NCBI GenBank assembly: GCA_964014485.1
Contig: CAXHAT010000018.1
Location: 1-58,246 of the forward strand
DNA: 58,246 nucleotides
From: an uncultured Deferribacteres bacterium
Lineage (GTDB): Bacteria; Zhuqueibacterota; Zhuqueibacteria; Zhuqueibacterales; Geothermadaptataceae
Direction: 5' to 3'
In this document: one piece after another, positions 10,801 to 17,739 of the stretch
Layout: every line of letters begins with the position of its first letter
Numbering within the stretch: the stretch's first letter is position 1
The notes under the pieces: generated by a model
What the model was told of the DNA's origin: nothing
Databases searched by the model: none
Seen by the model: the letters and a program-made list of their open reading frames with translations, nothing else
Translations under genes and position numbers: made by a program

Positions 10801-13800
10801 GGAATCTGATCGAGCGGAAAAGTCGTAAAAGTCATGTCGCCGCTGACGGCCAGGTTCCCGGCTCCGTCGCGCGAGAGCACGCGAAAATGATAAGTCGTCT
10901 CCGGTTGCAAATTCTCAAGTTCCTGGGAGTGCATGAAAACAAGCGTATTATCCAACGCCGTCGTGCTGCCGTAATTTTGGTCAAGACCGTATTCGATTTG
11001 TGAGTCGGCTTTTTGATCGGTATCCCAGGTAATCGTCGCGCGATCAGACGATGTGGGCGCAGCAACGATATTCGAAATGGTCGGCGCATTGTTATCACCC
11101 ACGCGCAATTTCACTTCGATGGCGGAAACCAGGGCGTTCTCGATGACATTCCGAAAAGTCACGTCCAGGACGCCGTCCGTCACTTCAACGTCAAAATTGC
11201 GGACATAAGGCGCGTCGTGACCGACCTCGGCGTGAATATCGAGATCATCGAGAACAGTGCTTCCTTCCAGGCTGACGTCAAAAACGCGAAGTCCGTCATC
11301 CTTGTAGTGCGTTTCGGCAAAATGCAATTCAACGGAATAAGTGCCGCTGCCTGGGACGGTGAATCGGTAATCCTTGACGCGAAAACGGTAATTCTGATAG
11401 AGCGCGTCGTCCTCAGTTTGCAGAATTTCGTCGCTGGTCGAGCCGGTCTGAGTGCCGCCGCCGTCGTAGCCCCAAGAGCCTTCAAAATACGATTTATCGG
11501 CGTCCCAGATCCGTCCGTCCCCGCCGGCAAACGAACCCGCGCCGACATTGACGCGCTGGGTGTAATGGGGCGATTCGAGCGTCGTAAACGTGAAATCTTC
11601 GCTCTGGCTTTGATTGCCGTCTTCATCCTTTGAAATCACGCGAAAATGGTAAAGCGTCGCCGGAAGCAGGCTCGTGAGCGTCTGGCTGTGCGCCAGCACC
11701 GGATTCGTGTCGAGCACGGTTGAATTACCGTAATTTGCGTCGAGACCGTACTCAATTTGCGAATCAGAAGGTTCATCAGTGTTCCAGACAATGATTGCGG
11801 TGGTGGAAGCGATGGAATTTACCGAAACGCCGGAGATAATCGGTGCGGTCATGTCAGGCGGCAGCGTGGTAAAACTGCGATTCGAACCCTTCGATTCATT
11901 GCCGTTTGCGTCGCGCGAAACCACGCGATAGTGATAAGTCGATTGCGGGCTTAATCCAGTAATCTGGTGCGTGTGCGCCGTTCGTAATTCCGTGTCCAAG
12001 TCAGAAAAATTGCCGTAAGTTTCATCCGCGCCCCATTCGATTTGCGAGGTCGCCGCTTCATCCGTGCTCCAAGTGATCGTGGCGGTGCGCTGGGAAACAA
12101 TGTCTTCCTGAACGCCAAAAACGAAGGGCGGGGTCGCGTCGTTCAAACCCTCGGTCGAGAGCAAAAGCGCCATGTCCGGGCCTTCGCCGAGCGGTGAGTT
12201 AAATGTGCGCGGTTGGCCATAAGTAATTTTCTCTTCAGCATACTCTTCAAAAGTCGCCGGATTGATCCAGCGCGGCAGAAGCTCGCCGGGGCCGCCGTCG
12301 ATCAACAATTCAACGCCGCCGCCGTTCGGCAAATAAACGACAAACTGCTCGTCGGCTGGAGAAGCGGAGCCCAAAGCGTCGCCGGAAACGATAAAACTGT
12401 TGTCCGGCGCAAGATTTGGCCAATTGACCCGCTGGGTAAAAAATTCATACAAAAAACTGTACTGGCTGGTCTCGGTTTCGCTGCTGTTCACCTCAACTTC
12501 CGCCGATTTGATCATGCTCGTGCCGTCGAAACCGGTCGCGAGAAACGCGCCTGAAACCACCAGCCGCCACGCACCGCGCCGCAAGTAATCGGCGTCAAAT
12601 TGCTGATTGTTTGGCGGATTGTTGTTTCTGCCGTCGAAATGCGCGTAGCCGTATTCCAGGTTCAAGACCGGCTTGTTATGAATGCGATCATATGCCACGC
12701 CTTCTTCCAGACCGGCTGCGTCGCCGAAGCGCGGCAGAAAATCGGGGCCGGAATTCGCACCGTAATGCTGCTGGATGAGTACGTCGATGTCGGGGTAATC
12801 GCCGTAAAGATCGCCCGCCGTGCCGCCCGGAACAATCGGCTGGCCTTCCAAGCTGTAACCGGCGAACGGATGCGTGCCTATGAGGTGGCGGTAAGGATCG
12901 ATGCTGCGAATAAACGTCGCGCGCGCCTTCGACCAGTCAACGTCCGTACCCTGAACCAGGTATTTTCCGTCCGGGTATGTTTCGTATTCATTGGCGATTG
13001 TCCACAAGGCCAGATTTGGGTAGGCCGTATAGCGCGCGACGAGATAACGCAGGAAGTTTTCTTGCTGCTCGTCCGTCATCGGCGGAACGTGGAAAAGGCC
13101 CGCTGCGTCGTAATAATTGAAAAGGATCAGCTCAAACGTCATGCCTTGCGCTAAACCGAATTCGAAGATTGAATCGAGCTTGGCAAAATAGGCCGGATTG
13201 ATGCGGTCGCGATCCGGCGCCGTGCTCGTGCCTTCGTAGGGAATATTCTCATTGAATTCCCATTCCACTTCGATGCGCATGTTGTTGAAATTCTGCGACT
13301 TATGTGCCGAAATTGCCGCTTCATAATCAGATTGCTCGACGTCCATAATGCCGTAGTTTGTCGTCGCCATCCAAAAAAACGGCGTGCCGTCGTCATGCTC
13401 GAGAATATATGGATTCGCTGCGCCAACGCGAATGAATCCGTGCTCCGCAACAGAGGGTTCCGCAGTGAATTCACCGAAAGCGGAGAGACCGTTGTCGCTG
13501 CCGGAAATGTTGAACGTCCATAAACCGGGGGCCGTTGGCGTAAAACGCAGCTTCCAATTGTCGCCGCCGTCCCAGTAGCCGGGAACTTCGTAATTTTCGC
13601 CGGACGGTCCGGTAAAAACGCCGGTGACACTGGCGTCCAGCCATGGATTGCTGTAGTTTCCTTCATCCACAAAATTGAATTCGACAGGCCGCCACTGCAC
13701 GGTTTCCGAAGCGTTTCCGATGACCGTGATATTTGCTGAACCGGATTCTCCGAGACCGTTTTGCGCGGTTGCTGAAATTGTGTTTTCGCCTTCAATCAAC

Positions 13801-14057
13801 GAAATCGTTGCTTGAAACGCGCCGTTTTGAACCGGCACGCGCACTTCGTTGACGTCAATCGAATCCACGGTCGCATCATCAACGGTTCCTTCAACCAATA
13901 ACGATTGTCCCAAAACGGTGGCGCCGTTCTGCGGCGATGTTATTTGCACGTTGGGCGCGATGGGAAGTGAGTTCGCGAAAATTGTAGAGGGTAAAGCGGC
14001 AGGAATCAAAATGAGGGCAAAGGCGAGCAATTTACTCGATGCAAAACGGTCTTTCAT
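1896..14057 (-). CDS. giant secreted multidomain carbohydrate-active/redox protein (Ig, DUF5060, DUF4038, collagen-binding-like, 18x FN3-like, 5x malectin, cytochrome c, Ig, glucose/sorbosone dehydrogenase, SGNH, T9SS CTD)
   Basis: Uninterrupted ORF. ATG at 14057 with GAGGA RBS and a signal peptide. Motifs: DDGTPFFW / WTIANEY / NLEYGY, W-x-T-D-E...TYHFRV repeats, QRVNVGG...LHFxE...R.FDV malectins, CVRCH, GMRNPFG, GNSITDG...DLHP, SQNYPNPF...SGIYYY. Confidence 0.92.
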   Translation of the reverse strand: MKDRFASSKLLAFALILIPAALPSTIFANSLPIAPNVQITSPQNGATVLGQSLLVEGTVDDATVDSIDVNEVRVPVQNGAFQATISLIEGENTISATAQNGLGESGSANITVIGNASETVQWRPVEFNFVDEGNYSNPWLDASVTGVFTGPSGENYEVPGYWDGGDNWKLRFTPTAPGLWTFNISGSDNGLSAFGEFTAEPSVAEHGFIRVGAANPYILEHDDGTPFFWMATTNYGIMDVEQSDYEAAISAHKSQNFNNMRIEVEWEFNENIPYEGTSTAPDRDRINPAYFAKLDSIFEFGLAQGMTFELILFNYYDAAGLFHVPPMTDEQQENFLRYLVARYTAYPNLALWTIANEYETYPDGKYLVQGTDVDWSKARATFIRSIDPYRHLIGTHPFAGYSLEGQPIVPGGTAGDLYGDYPDIDVLIQQHYGANSGPDFLPRFGDAAGLEEGVAYDRIHNKPVLNLEYGYAHFDGRNNNPPNNQQFDADYLRRGAWRLVVSGAFLATGFDGTSMIKSAEVEVNSSETETSQYSFLYEFFTQRVNWPNLAPDNSFIVSGDALGSASPADEQFVVYLPNGGGVELLIDGGPGELLPRWINPATFEEYAEEKITYGQPRTFNSPLGEGPDMALLLSTEGLNDATPPFVFGVQEDIVSQRTATITWSTDEAATSQIEWGADETYGNFSDLDTELRTAHTHQITGLSPQSTYHYRVVSRDANGNESKGSNRSFTTLPPDMTAPIISGVSVNSIASTTAIIVWNTDEPSDSQIEYGLDANYGNSTVLDTNPVLAHSQTLTSLLPATLYHFRVISKDEDGNQSQSEDFTFTTLESPHYTQRVNVGAGSFAGGDGRIWDADKSYFEGSWGYDGGGTQTGSTSDEILQTEDDALYQNYRFRVKDYRFTVPGSGTYSVELHFAETHYKDDGLRVFDVSLEGSTVLDDLDIHAEVGHDAPYVRNFDVEVTDGVLDVTFRNVIENALVSAIEVKLRVGDNNAPTISNIVAAPTSSDRATITWDTDQKADSQIEYGLDQNYGSTTALDNTLVFMHSQELENLQPETTYHFRVLSRDGAGNLAVSGDMTFTTFPLDQIPPEISNIRLNDITETSVNVTWDTDENADSQVEYGLDLSYGTFSELDPALVLNHDQTITGLEPNTTYHLRVLSKDLNGNQSVSADCVFATLPDLVPPTISDVTVTEVFEDSVTIPWTTDELADSQIEYGLDANYGNFTPVDPDLVTTHFDGIGGLQPSTTYHFRAVSTDRFGNRAVSEDFTFTTTDPDLTPPTISDVQTSNVFPDSVTIVWNTDEAADTYVEFGLDANYGSVVGKDESVNQHEQGLGGLLPETTYHFRVLSTDLRGNQAASDDFTFTTRPEDQTPPAFSNVTAKNIAMNSATISWNTDEPGDSQVEYGLDTNYGSFTTLDPALTLAHNQELTGLQENTIYHYRVWSTDELGNRGPSEDFVFRTAAVGGPSYLQRVNVGGGDYTAPDGTVWAADRASAGNDWGYDGSRSGVGDTNDPIANTDADALYQTNRYRIDGYRFTVENGTYFVQLHFCEEYYTESGKRKFDVDIEGQQVINDLDVIAEAGHDAALVFEFETEVTDGRLDVDFRKVLENAILSGIEVRSEADGVAPEISNVNVSNIGETGATVSWNTNEPADSQVEFGLDANYGNITTLDISLVTAHNVQLSNLQPGTTYHYRTLSRDESGNLSMSADFTFTTDAPDLTPPTFSNVAVAEVYLDSVKITWNTNELSDSQVEFGLDASYGNFSALDPSMTTTHTVGFGGLASNTTYHFRALSRDASGNLGQSTDFTFTTLAPDETPPVLSDVVVTEVFTDSVTVTWNTDEAADDQIEFGLDENYGGFSALNPALLTAHQNGVGGLEPNTTYHFRARSKDASGNLGLSADFTFTTLERDETPPVISNVVSSNITSTGASISWNTDEAADSQVEFGVSTAYGNLTAHDPNLVTAHNQQLSDLSPNTTYHFRVLSSDSSGNQAISDDFTFTTPAPPQPSYEQRVNVGGGSYTDGDGQIWDADKKWSAGTYGYVGSRSGSGDTNDPIANTDDDVLYQTNRYRLDSYRFDVEPGDYIVTLHFCEEYHTEAGKRRFHVDLEGQNVIDDLDVIAEAGHDAALVYTFEVTVTGDVLDVEFRKIVENAIISAIEVRSAADTAPPQISNVAATEVGAETATIIWSTDEPADSQVEFGLDANYGSISPLDPALVTSHSVELTGLTPGATYHYRALSKDESGNLALSSGFTFTTIIPDLTPPDISDVVVTEIFPDSVTVTWNTDEVADSQIEFGPDATYGGMTTLDPAFVQNHAHGVGGLSSGTTYHFRVLSKDTSGNLATSEDLTFTTQEIDATPPVISNVQAGGLTQSSAMISWNTDEAADSQVEYGLDTNYGSTTALDPTLITEHNLQLSNLQPSTTYHYRVHSRDASGNLATSDDFLFTTASDGNVAYANVQGIYDRNCVRCHSGPSPPADLDLSAEVSFAQTVNVASTQEPTYLLVKPFDHVMSWLHEKIVNPNPSVGSKMANLTDDEIDLIAKWIDQGAVQTPVAPFRALEFRTTGLSDGEINIVYSQQIVVWGGLPDYNFEIASGALPDGLVLGTDGALTGAPTAIGGFNFTVRVSDSQNPAATLEQAYTLTIRDTQNSWSVPENFEIVPVVTDLHLPLNIAFIPNPGPNESDPYFYVTLQQGEVVMVQRNYETTTYAGGLLNFDPGETEAGLRGVVVDPNNGDVLVSLDYEDGGAIFSKITRLKSTDGGRTSSSQEDVLTGIPADYSHQIQALTIGADGLLYANVGDGQQPASAPDPNDLRGKILRLNLDGSKPGDNPFPDSYVYATGMRNPFGGAWRAADGKLYVSDNGPDTGDRLVKIEAGQDHGWRLIDPDLTTGAIQYWDEVVVPGAVDFNENTPFDPQFPGWLFAALVADPFITGPDSSGKKIQAFELDASGAVVNQTEFLNYTGAGVATVLGLAFGPDALYFTDLYGENGFDEFGKTHANVYRVRWLSDDATPPVISNIQVTNISDESATITWQTDEPAQRQIEFGADENYGSWTALETDLTTQHSVILTGLSPATTYHFRVWNWDSANNGASSADQTFTTATPDETPPVISNVQANEISATGATIVWNTDEAADSQIEYGPDTNYGNVTILDPNLVTSHSQALAGLTANTTYHYRVLSRDAAGNLATSDDFTFTTSAPPGFARRVNVGGGEYTGVDGRIWSADQKDDGEFGYDGSRSGTGDTNHAIADTEDDALYQTNRYRINAYRFAVPSAGEYMVELHFCEEYHEEAGKRIFDVSIEGTRVLDDLDIIAEVGHDVALVYTFEAEVTDGVLDVTFQNVLENAMISGIEVKSAGPDLVPPVISNVASSNVTQTSATISWNTDEASDSQVEYGTNTSYGSTTAVDPAQVTAHNVQLDNLEHSTTYHFRVKSRDASGNLATSGDFTFTTPAPDATPPVISNVAAQNIASSSASIVWNTDEASDSQVEYGLDTNYGDATTLDPALETEHGVQLSNLEPSTTYHFRVLSRDASGNLATSDDFTFTTLEEASWVQRVNVADGQYTGVDGRDWDADQEYQVGSWGYKGSRSGTAETSDPVANTEDDVLYQFNRYRFDHYRFTVPQSGTYSVQLLFAETYYQESGKRKFDVDLEGQQVLNDLDVHAVAGHDAALVYNFDVSVTDGVLDIDFNNVLENPIINAIEVKLKPEGASGKRVLLVGNSITDGVGSSDGLGFRPELYNMLHSAGESVDFVGPEGASPYEGHFYPGQNLEDFYPQSFGNGSGTGVNDLAETLDLYQPSVVMIHLGANDLTAETNLSPYSNNGGQTMAHSTAGNVGELVNYVLQWRDGTEGNFVEHIFVSQIVPRGDRENETVELNDEIIRLIDDFAAGAITGQSEPVHMVDHYTPFDNNPDLFTGNGNDYMAEDLHPNDRGYDVMAETYFDAYAAVIGVESAAILAAKDGRRRTKDVIDVLAPQEFKLSQNYPNPFSARAQQTWIKFQLAKDAAMVLEVYDILGRRVRTLVNETKPAGFYQTAWNGRNESGLPVSSGIYYYVLRSENFVKSLRMTVVK
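2995..12140 (-). repeat. intragenic array of ~95-aa FN3-like (purple acid phosphatase N-terminal-like) repeats interspersed with malectin domains
   Basis: 18 copies of PP.IS.V....W.TDE.ADSQ.EYG.....H...L..L.P.T.YH.RV.S.D..GN...S.DFTFTT counted in the translation; ~285-bp DNA periodicity with shared stretches such as GCCGTATTCGACCTGCGAATCCGA near 3630 and 3915. Boundaries approximate. Confidence 0.9.
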
Positions 14058-14484
14058 GCGATCCTCGGTGTAGTTAACGTGCCGTTGTCTGTTCAACTCG
14101 AAAGCGTTTACATCTCATTCCAACACAGCCATGGCGGTTGTGAGCGTCGGAAAGAGAACAAAAAGCGCAAGCGGCTTAAATTGGGCGCACCAAATCGACG
14201 AATTCTTCGCCGGGAGCCCGTTCGAAAAGCACTTCGCTTTCACAAAAGCTGATCAGTCCATTGATCGTTTGAAAGCAGGATCGTCCCTGAAAATAGACAA
14301 AATATAATCGGATGAGACGTCCGTACTCTTCATGCGGCGAATCAGTCCGATTTTTTTAGAAATGTTCTGTTTATGGTTTGGTCGCCAGATTAACTTTTAA
14401 TAGCTGCAAAGCATGTTATTGCGCACTTCATTAGGCGTTAGAAGACGAAGATTTGACTCGATTGTGTAAATCCGTGCGGCGCAT

Positions 14485-15471
14485 TTATTTCAAAACTTCG
14501 GTTTGAGGGTTGTTCAAGCTCCAGTTATACCAAAATGTGTCGAAGCCGGTAAACACGCGCAACTCGGATTTATCATTTTTTTCAAATGTTTTTGATTCCG
14601 GATTGAAAACAAGGCCGGACGCCGTGCGCCATTTTCCGTCCCGCCGCACAAATTCGTCGTTTTCTGCAATAAACGCGACAGTCGATTCAAACATTTTTGA
14701 TTTTGGCGCGCGATACAGAAAAAGACTCGCCTCGCCAACATCAAACATCGCTCCATTTTTCAGTTTTTTCTGTGCTATTGCGTATGCGCGCCCTTTGTAA
14801 TGGAAGGCAAAAACAGGTTCCTTAGTGCGCATGCGCTTATCGTTGGCAAAAAGTCCGCGGTACCCTTCCGGTGAAAGGAAATAACCTTTGTACCCGTCGC
14901 GTCCGTCTTCACGCCCGTCAACGGAGAGCACGAGGGTTTCGGGATGTTGCGCAATCCAGTCTCGCCAGCGCATTTTTTTGCCGTAAGGCAGTTCCTGCAT
15001 TTTTGTCCCTAGTTCGCTTCCTGCAATAGCGGCGCTTTTCATCAATGACCAATAGCTGTCGGTCTCAACGTCCTGCATCACAAGCGAAGCGTTGATGAGT
15101 CCGCCCGAAGGCTCAAAGTGAAATTCTTTGCCGTTGTATTCTCTGCCGTAAACTACGGCGGCATTTGCCAGCGGTCACCAAACTGCCGCGAATGACACTT
15201 CTCCAATGCGATCATTAACCACTTCATGGGCGTTCAATAGATTCAGACTGTACGCTCTTGCCTGCCCGTTAATCACGACTCCCAACACCCAACTGTTTTT
15301 GCTGATTTTTGCGTCAGCGGCAGGCACGTACACTGGCTCATGAATCGCGGCGATTCGGCCTCGAGGTACAATTTGCCGGAAATCTTTCATCGGATTTTCA
15401 GTCTCTTGCGCAAAGGCGCTCGAAGTGACAAAAAGTAATCCCAGGACAACAGCTTTTTTTAGTTTTTGCAT
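14485..15471 (-). CDS. DUF3179 family exported selenoprotein (Sec at codon 99, TGA 15175-15177)
   Basis: ORFs 15175-15522 and 14485-15081 are in the same frame, separated only by TGA. Readthrough gives HEVVNDRIG...AVW-U-PLANAAVVYGRE...FEPSGGLINASLVMQDVETDSYWS, with U at the first Cys of the family CPLC motif. Signal peptide; GGAG RBS before ATG 15471. Confidence 0.88.
15145..15159 (-). promoter_or_regulatory. candidate bacterial SECIS hairpin
   Basis: mRNA GCCGUA-GUU-UACGGC: 6-bp stem starting 15 nt after the UGA with G first in the apical loop, matching bacterial SECIS geometry. Confidence 0.65.
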
Positions 15472-15633
15472 GCTCATCTCCATACAGGTCATTCTAAAAT
15501 CACAAGATTCACAACACGGCAATAGAAAAGATTATTCGCTAAAAACGGCCAAATCGCAGTCATTTTTGAAACGGCAAGGTTCGGCGTATTGAGCGCCGTG
15601 AAATTAATTATTCTTCACGAATTTTTCTTTGAC

Positions 15634-15662
15634 TTGATGATGATGATGCGGTTTTATACATT
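15634..15662 (+). promoter_or_regulatory. possible sigma70 promoter for the TPR gene
   Basis: TTGATG-17 bp-TACATT about 50 bp upstream of the ATG at 15710. Confidence 0.35.
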
Positions 15663-15709
15663 TGCGATCAATATTTTCAATCGTAACGCTGTGAGACCAT
15701 CATCGGAAT

Positions 15710-17641
15710 ATGAAACACCGCTCTGTCATCAAGCCTCATTTTCTGCTGATTTTCGCATGTCTTCTCTTTGGCGCCTCCCTCCTGCCCGCTCGACAAAGCT
15801 CGTCTCAAACATCCTTGGAAAATGCTTTGTCTTACATTCTTTCAAGCGATCAAAAAAGTTTTGATCTCTCTCGAGCAATTCTTCTCCTTTCCGTCGAAGC
15901 CAAACGAGAAATTTTCAATCAGGAGTTCAATCTTCAGCGTTACGCCGACGAGCTAGACCGATTTGCTCGCGAGGCCGCCGAAGAGCTCGCCGGAATCGAT
16001 GATCCGGAAAAACGAGTTCTGGCGCTCAACAAATACTTCTTCGAAAAGCTGGCCTTCTCAGCCGACGCGGCGGATACAAACGGCGTCAACCCGGACAATC
16101 TTTTTCTCCCCGCCGTGCTCGACCGCAAGAAGGGCTATTGTCTATCGCTGTCCATTCCATACCTTTGCATTGCGCAACGGCTCGATTTGCCTTTTTACGG
16201 CGTCCCGGCTCCGGGGCATTTTTTTATCCGCTATGATGACGGCGCAAAGCAGATTAACATTGAGGCGACCAATGGCGGCGCCAAGCTTACCGATGATTTT
16301 TACGCCGAAAAATACAACTTGTCGCTGCCGCATGATTTTTATTTAAAAAACGTTGGTCTGAAGCGAACCGCCGGCGTTTTTCTCAACAATTTGGGCAATA
16401 TTTATAACAGAAATAACCGCCCCATCCAAGCGATTCAGATTTTCGAAACCGCGCTGAAATTAAACCCGGACTATCCCGAAGCGCTCACGAATTTGGGAAG
16501 CGTTTATCTTAAAACCGGACAAAAAGAGCAAGCGCTGCAGCGGCAAGTCCGTGCGGTCGAATTATCACCGAACCTGGTGGAAGCGCAGGTGAATTTGGCC
16601 AATGCCCAAATCGCCAACGGGAATTTCCTGGAAGCGCGTCTCGCTATACGCCGAGCTTTGAGCCTCGATCCCAAGCGTGCCACCGTTCATCTCGCGCTGG
16701 CAAAAGTTTACTTTGAACAGCAGCATTTCAATAATTCGCTTGAGACGCTGAGAAAGGTCGTCTCGCTCGATTCAAAGCTCACGCCGGCGTACATTTTAGC
16801 GGGAAATAATTATCGGGAACTCGGCGAAGCGCAGCGCGCATTGGAGCAATTTCAAAAAGCAATCGCCCTCGCCCCGGAAGATTTAGACGTCTGGCTAAAT
16901 TTGGCCTACCTGTACATTGATCTCAACAAAAACGCTGACGCCCTGCGCGCCTACGAAAAAGCGCTTTCGCTTGATCCCGATATTCCGGAAGCGTTGGTTA
17001 ATTATGGAACGCTGCTGCGGCAATACGGCCGAATCAAAGAAGCGGTTGGCGCCCTGGAAAAGGCGGCGGCTCTGAAACCCGACCTTTCATCAGCGCATTT
17101 CAATCTCGGTATGTTGTATTCAAAGCATCTTGATCGCCAGGACGACGCGATTGCCGCTTACAAAAGCGCTCTCTCTTTCCAGCCGGATTTGGCGGAAGCG
17201 CATCATAATCTCGGGGTTTTGTACCACTTGAAAAAAAACGATTTGACGCGCGCCGCGGATCATTACAAACTTACCTTGCGCCTAAAGCCCGACGTTTTTG
17301 AAGCGCATCTCAATCTTGGCATCGTCTACTTTACTATCGGCAAGGTGAGACAGGCAAAAGCGTCTTTGGAGAAAGCCCTAAAAATCAACCCAAAATCGGA
17401 AGAAGCGCATTTCAATCTCGCTCTTATTTATGGTGAAATAGGCGATACAAAACGCCAGCTCGCCGCCTACCACAAAGCCGTCACCCTGAACCCGAAAAAC
17501 GGGACGGCGCATTACAATCTCGCCATCGTTTACTACAACCAGCAAGCATTCGAGAAATCAATTAAATTCTGCGACAACGCACGCAGGCTTGGTTACCCAA
17601 TAAACCCGGACTTTTTGCAAGCGCTGCAAAGACATCGTTGA
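15710..17641 (+). CDS. exported transglutaminase-like (SirB1/Transglut_core2) protein with TPR array
   Basis: Signal peptide; LNKYFF...NLFLPAVLDRKKGYC...PGHFFIRY; then many TPRs (AxxNLG...AL.L.P). Confidence 0.85.
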   Translation: MKHRSVIKPHFLLIFACLLFGASLLPARQSSSQTSLENALSYILSSDQKSFDLSRAILLLSVEAKREIFNQEFNLQRYADELDRFAREAAEELAGIDDPEKRVLALNKYFFEKLAFSADAADTNGVNPDNLFLPAVLDRKKGYCLSLSIPYLCIAQRLDLPFYGVPAPGHFFIRYDDGAKQINIEATNGGAKLTDDFYAEKYNLSLPHDFYLKNVGLKRTAGVFLNNLGNIYNRNNRPIQAIQIFETALKLNPDYPEALTNLGSVYLKTGQKEQALQRQVRAVELSPNLVEAQVNLANAQIANGNFLEARLAIRRALSLDPKRATVHLALAKVYFEQQHFNNSLETLRKVVSLDSKLTPAYILAGNNYRELGEAQRALEQFQKAIALAPEDLDVWLNLAYLYIDLNKNADALRAYEKALSLDPDIPEALVNYGTLLRQYGRIKEAVGALEKAAALKPDLSSAHFNLGMLYSKHLDRQDDAIAAYKSALSFQPDLAEAHHNLGVLYHLKKNDLTRAADHYKLTLRLKPDVFEAHLNLGIVYFTIGKVRQAKASLEKALKINPKSEEAHFNLALIYGEIGDTKRQLAAYHKAVTLNPKNGTAHYNLAIVYYNQQAFEKSIKFCDNARRLGYPINPDFLQALQRHR

Positions 17642-17739
17642 TTAAAAACGTCTCTGGTTTTATAGTCGGTTTGCATTGCAATCGGGCAATTTTCTCGTTA
17701 GTTTCCGTCCGCAAAATCAAATTTTCTACTGGAGCGTTT

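Noticed and set aside
2995..12140. Periodic repeats as a CRISPR array or DGR template/variable repeat
   Set aside because: They are in-frame ~285-bp protein modules with no spacer structure; no cas or reverse transcriptase gene is present.
2010..14073. Many antisense and alternate-frame ORFs within the giant gene
   Set aside because: Shadow ORFs caused by GC-rich codon bias and repeats; no recognisable motifs.
14113..14155. Hairpin upstream of the giant gene as a riboswitch
   Set aside because: An imperfect stem exists, but I see no recognisable aptamer consensus.
14485..15522. Two separate genes or a nonsense pseudogene
   Set aside because: The TGA falls exactly at the conserved Cys position and is followed by a SECIS-like hairpin, so Sec recoding fits better.
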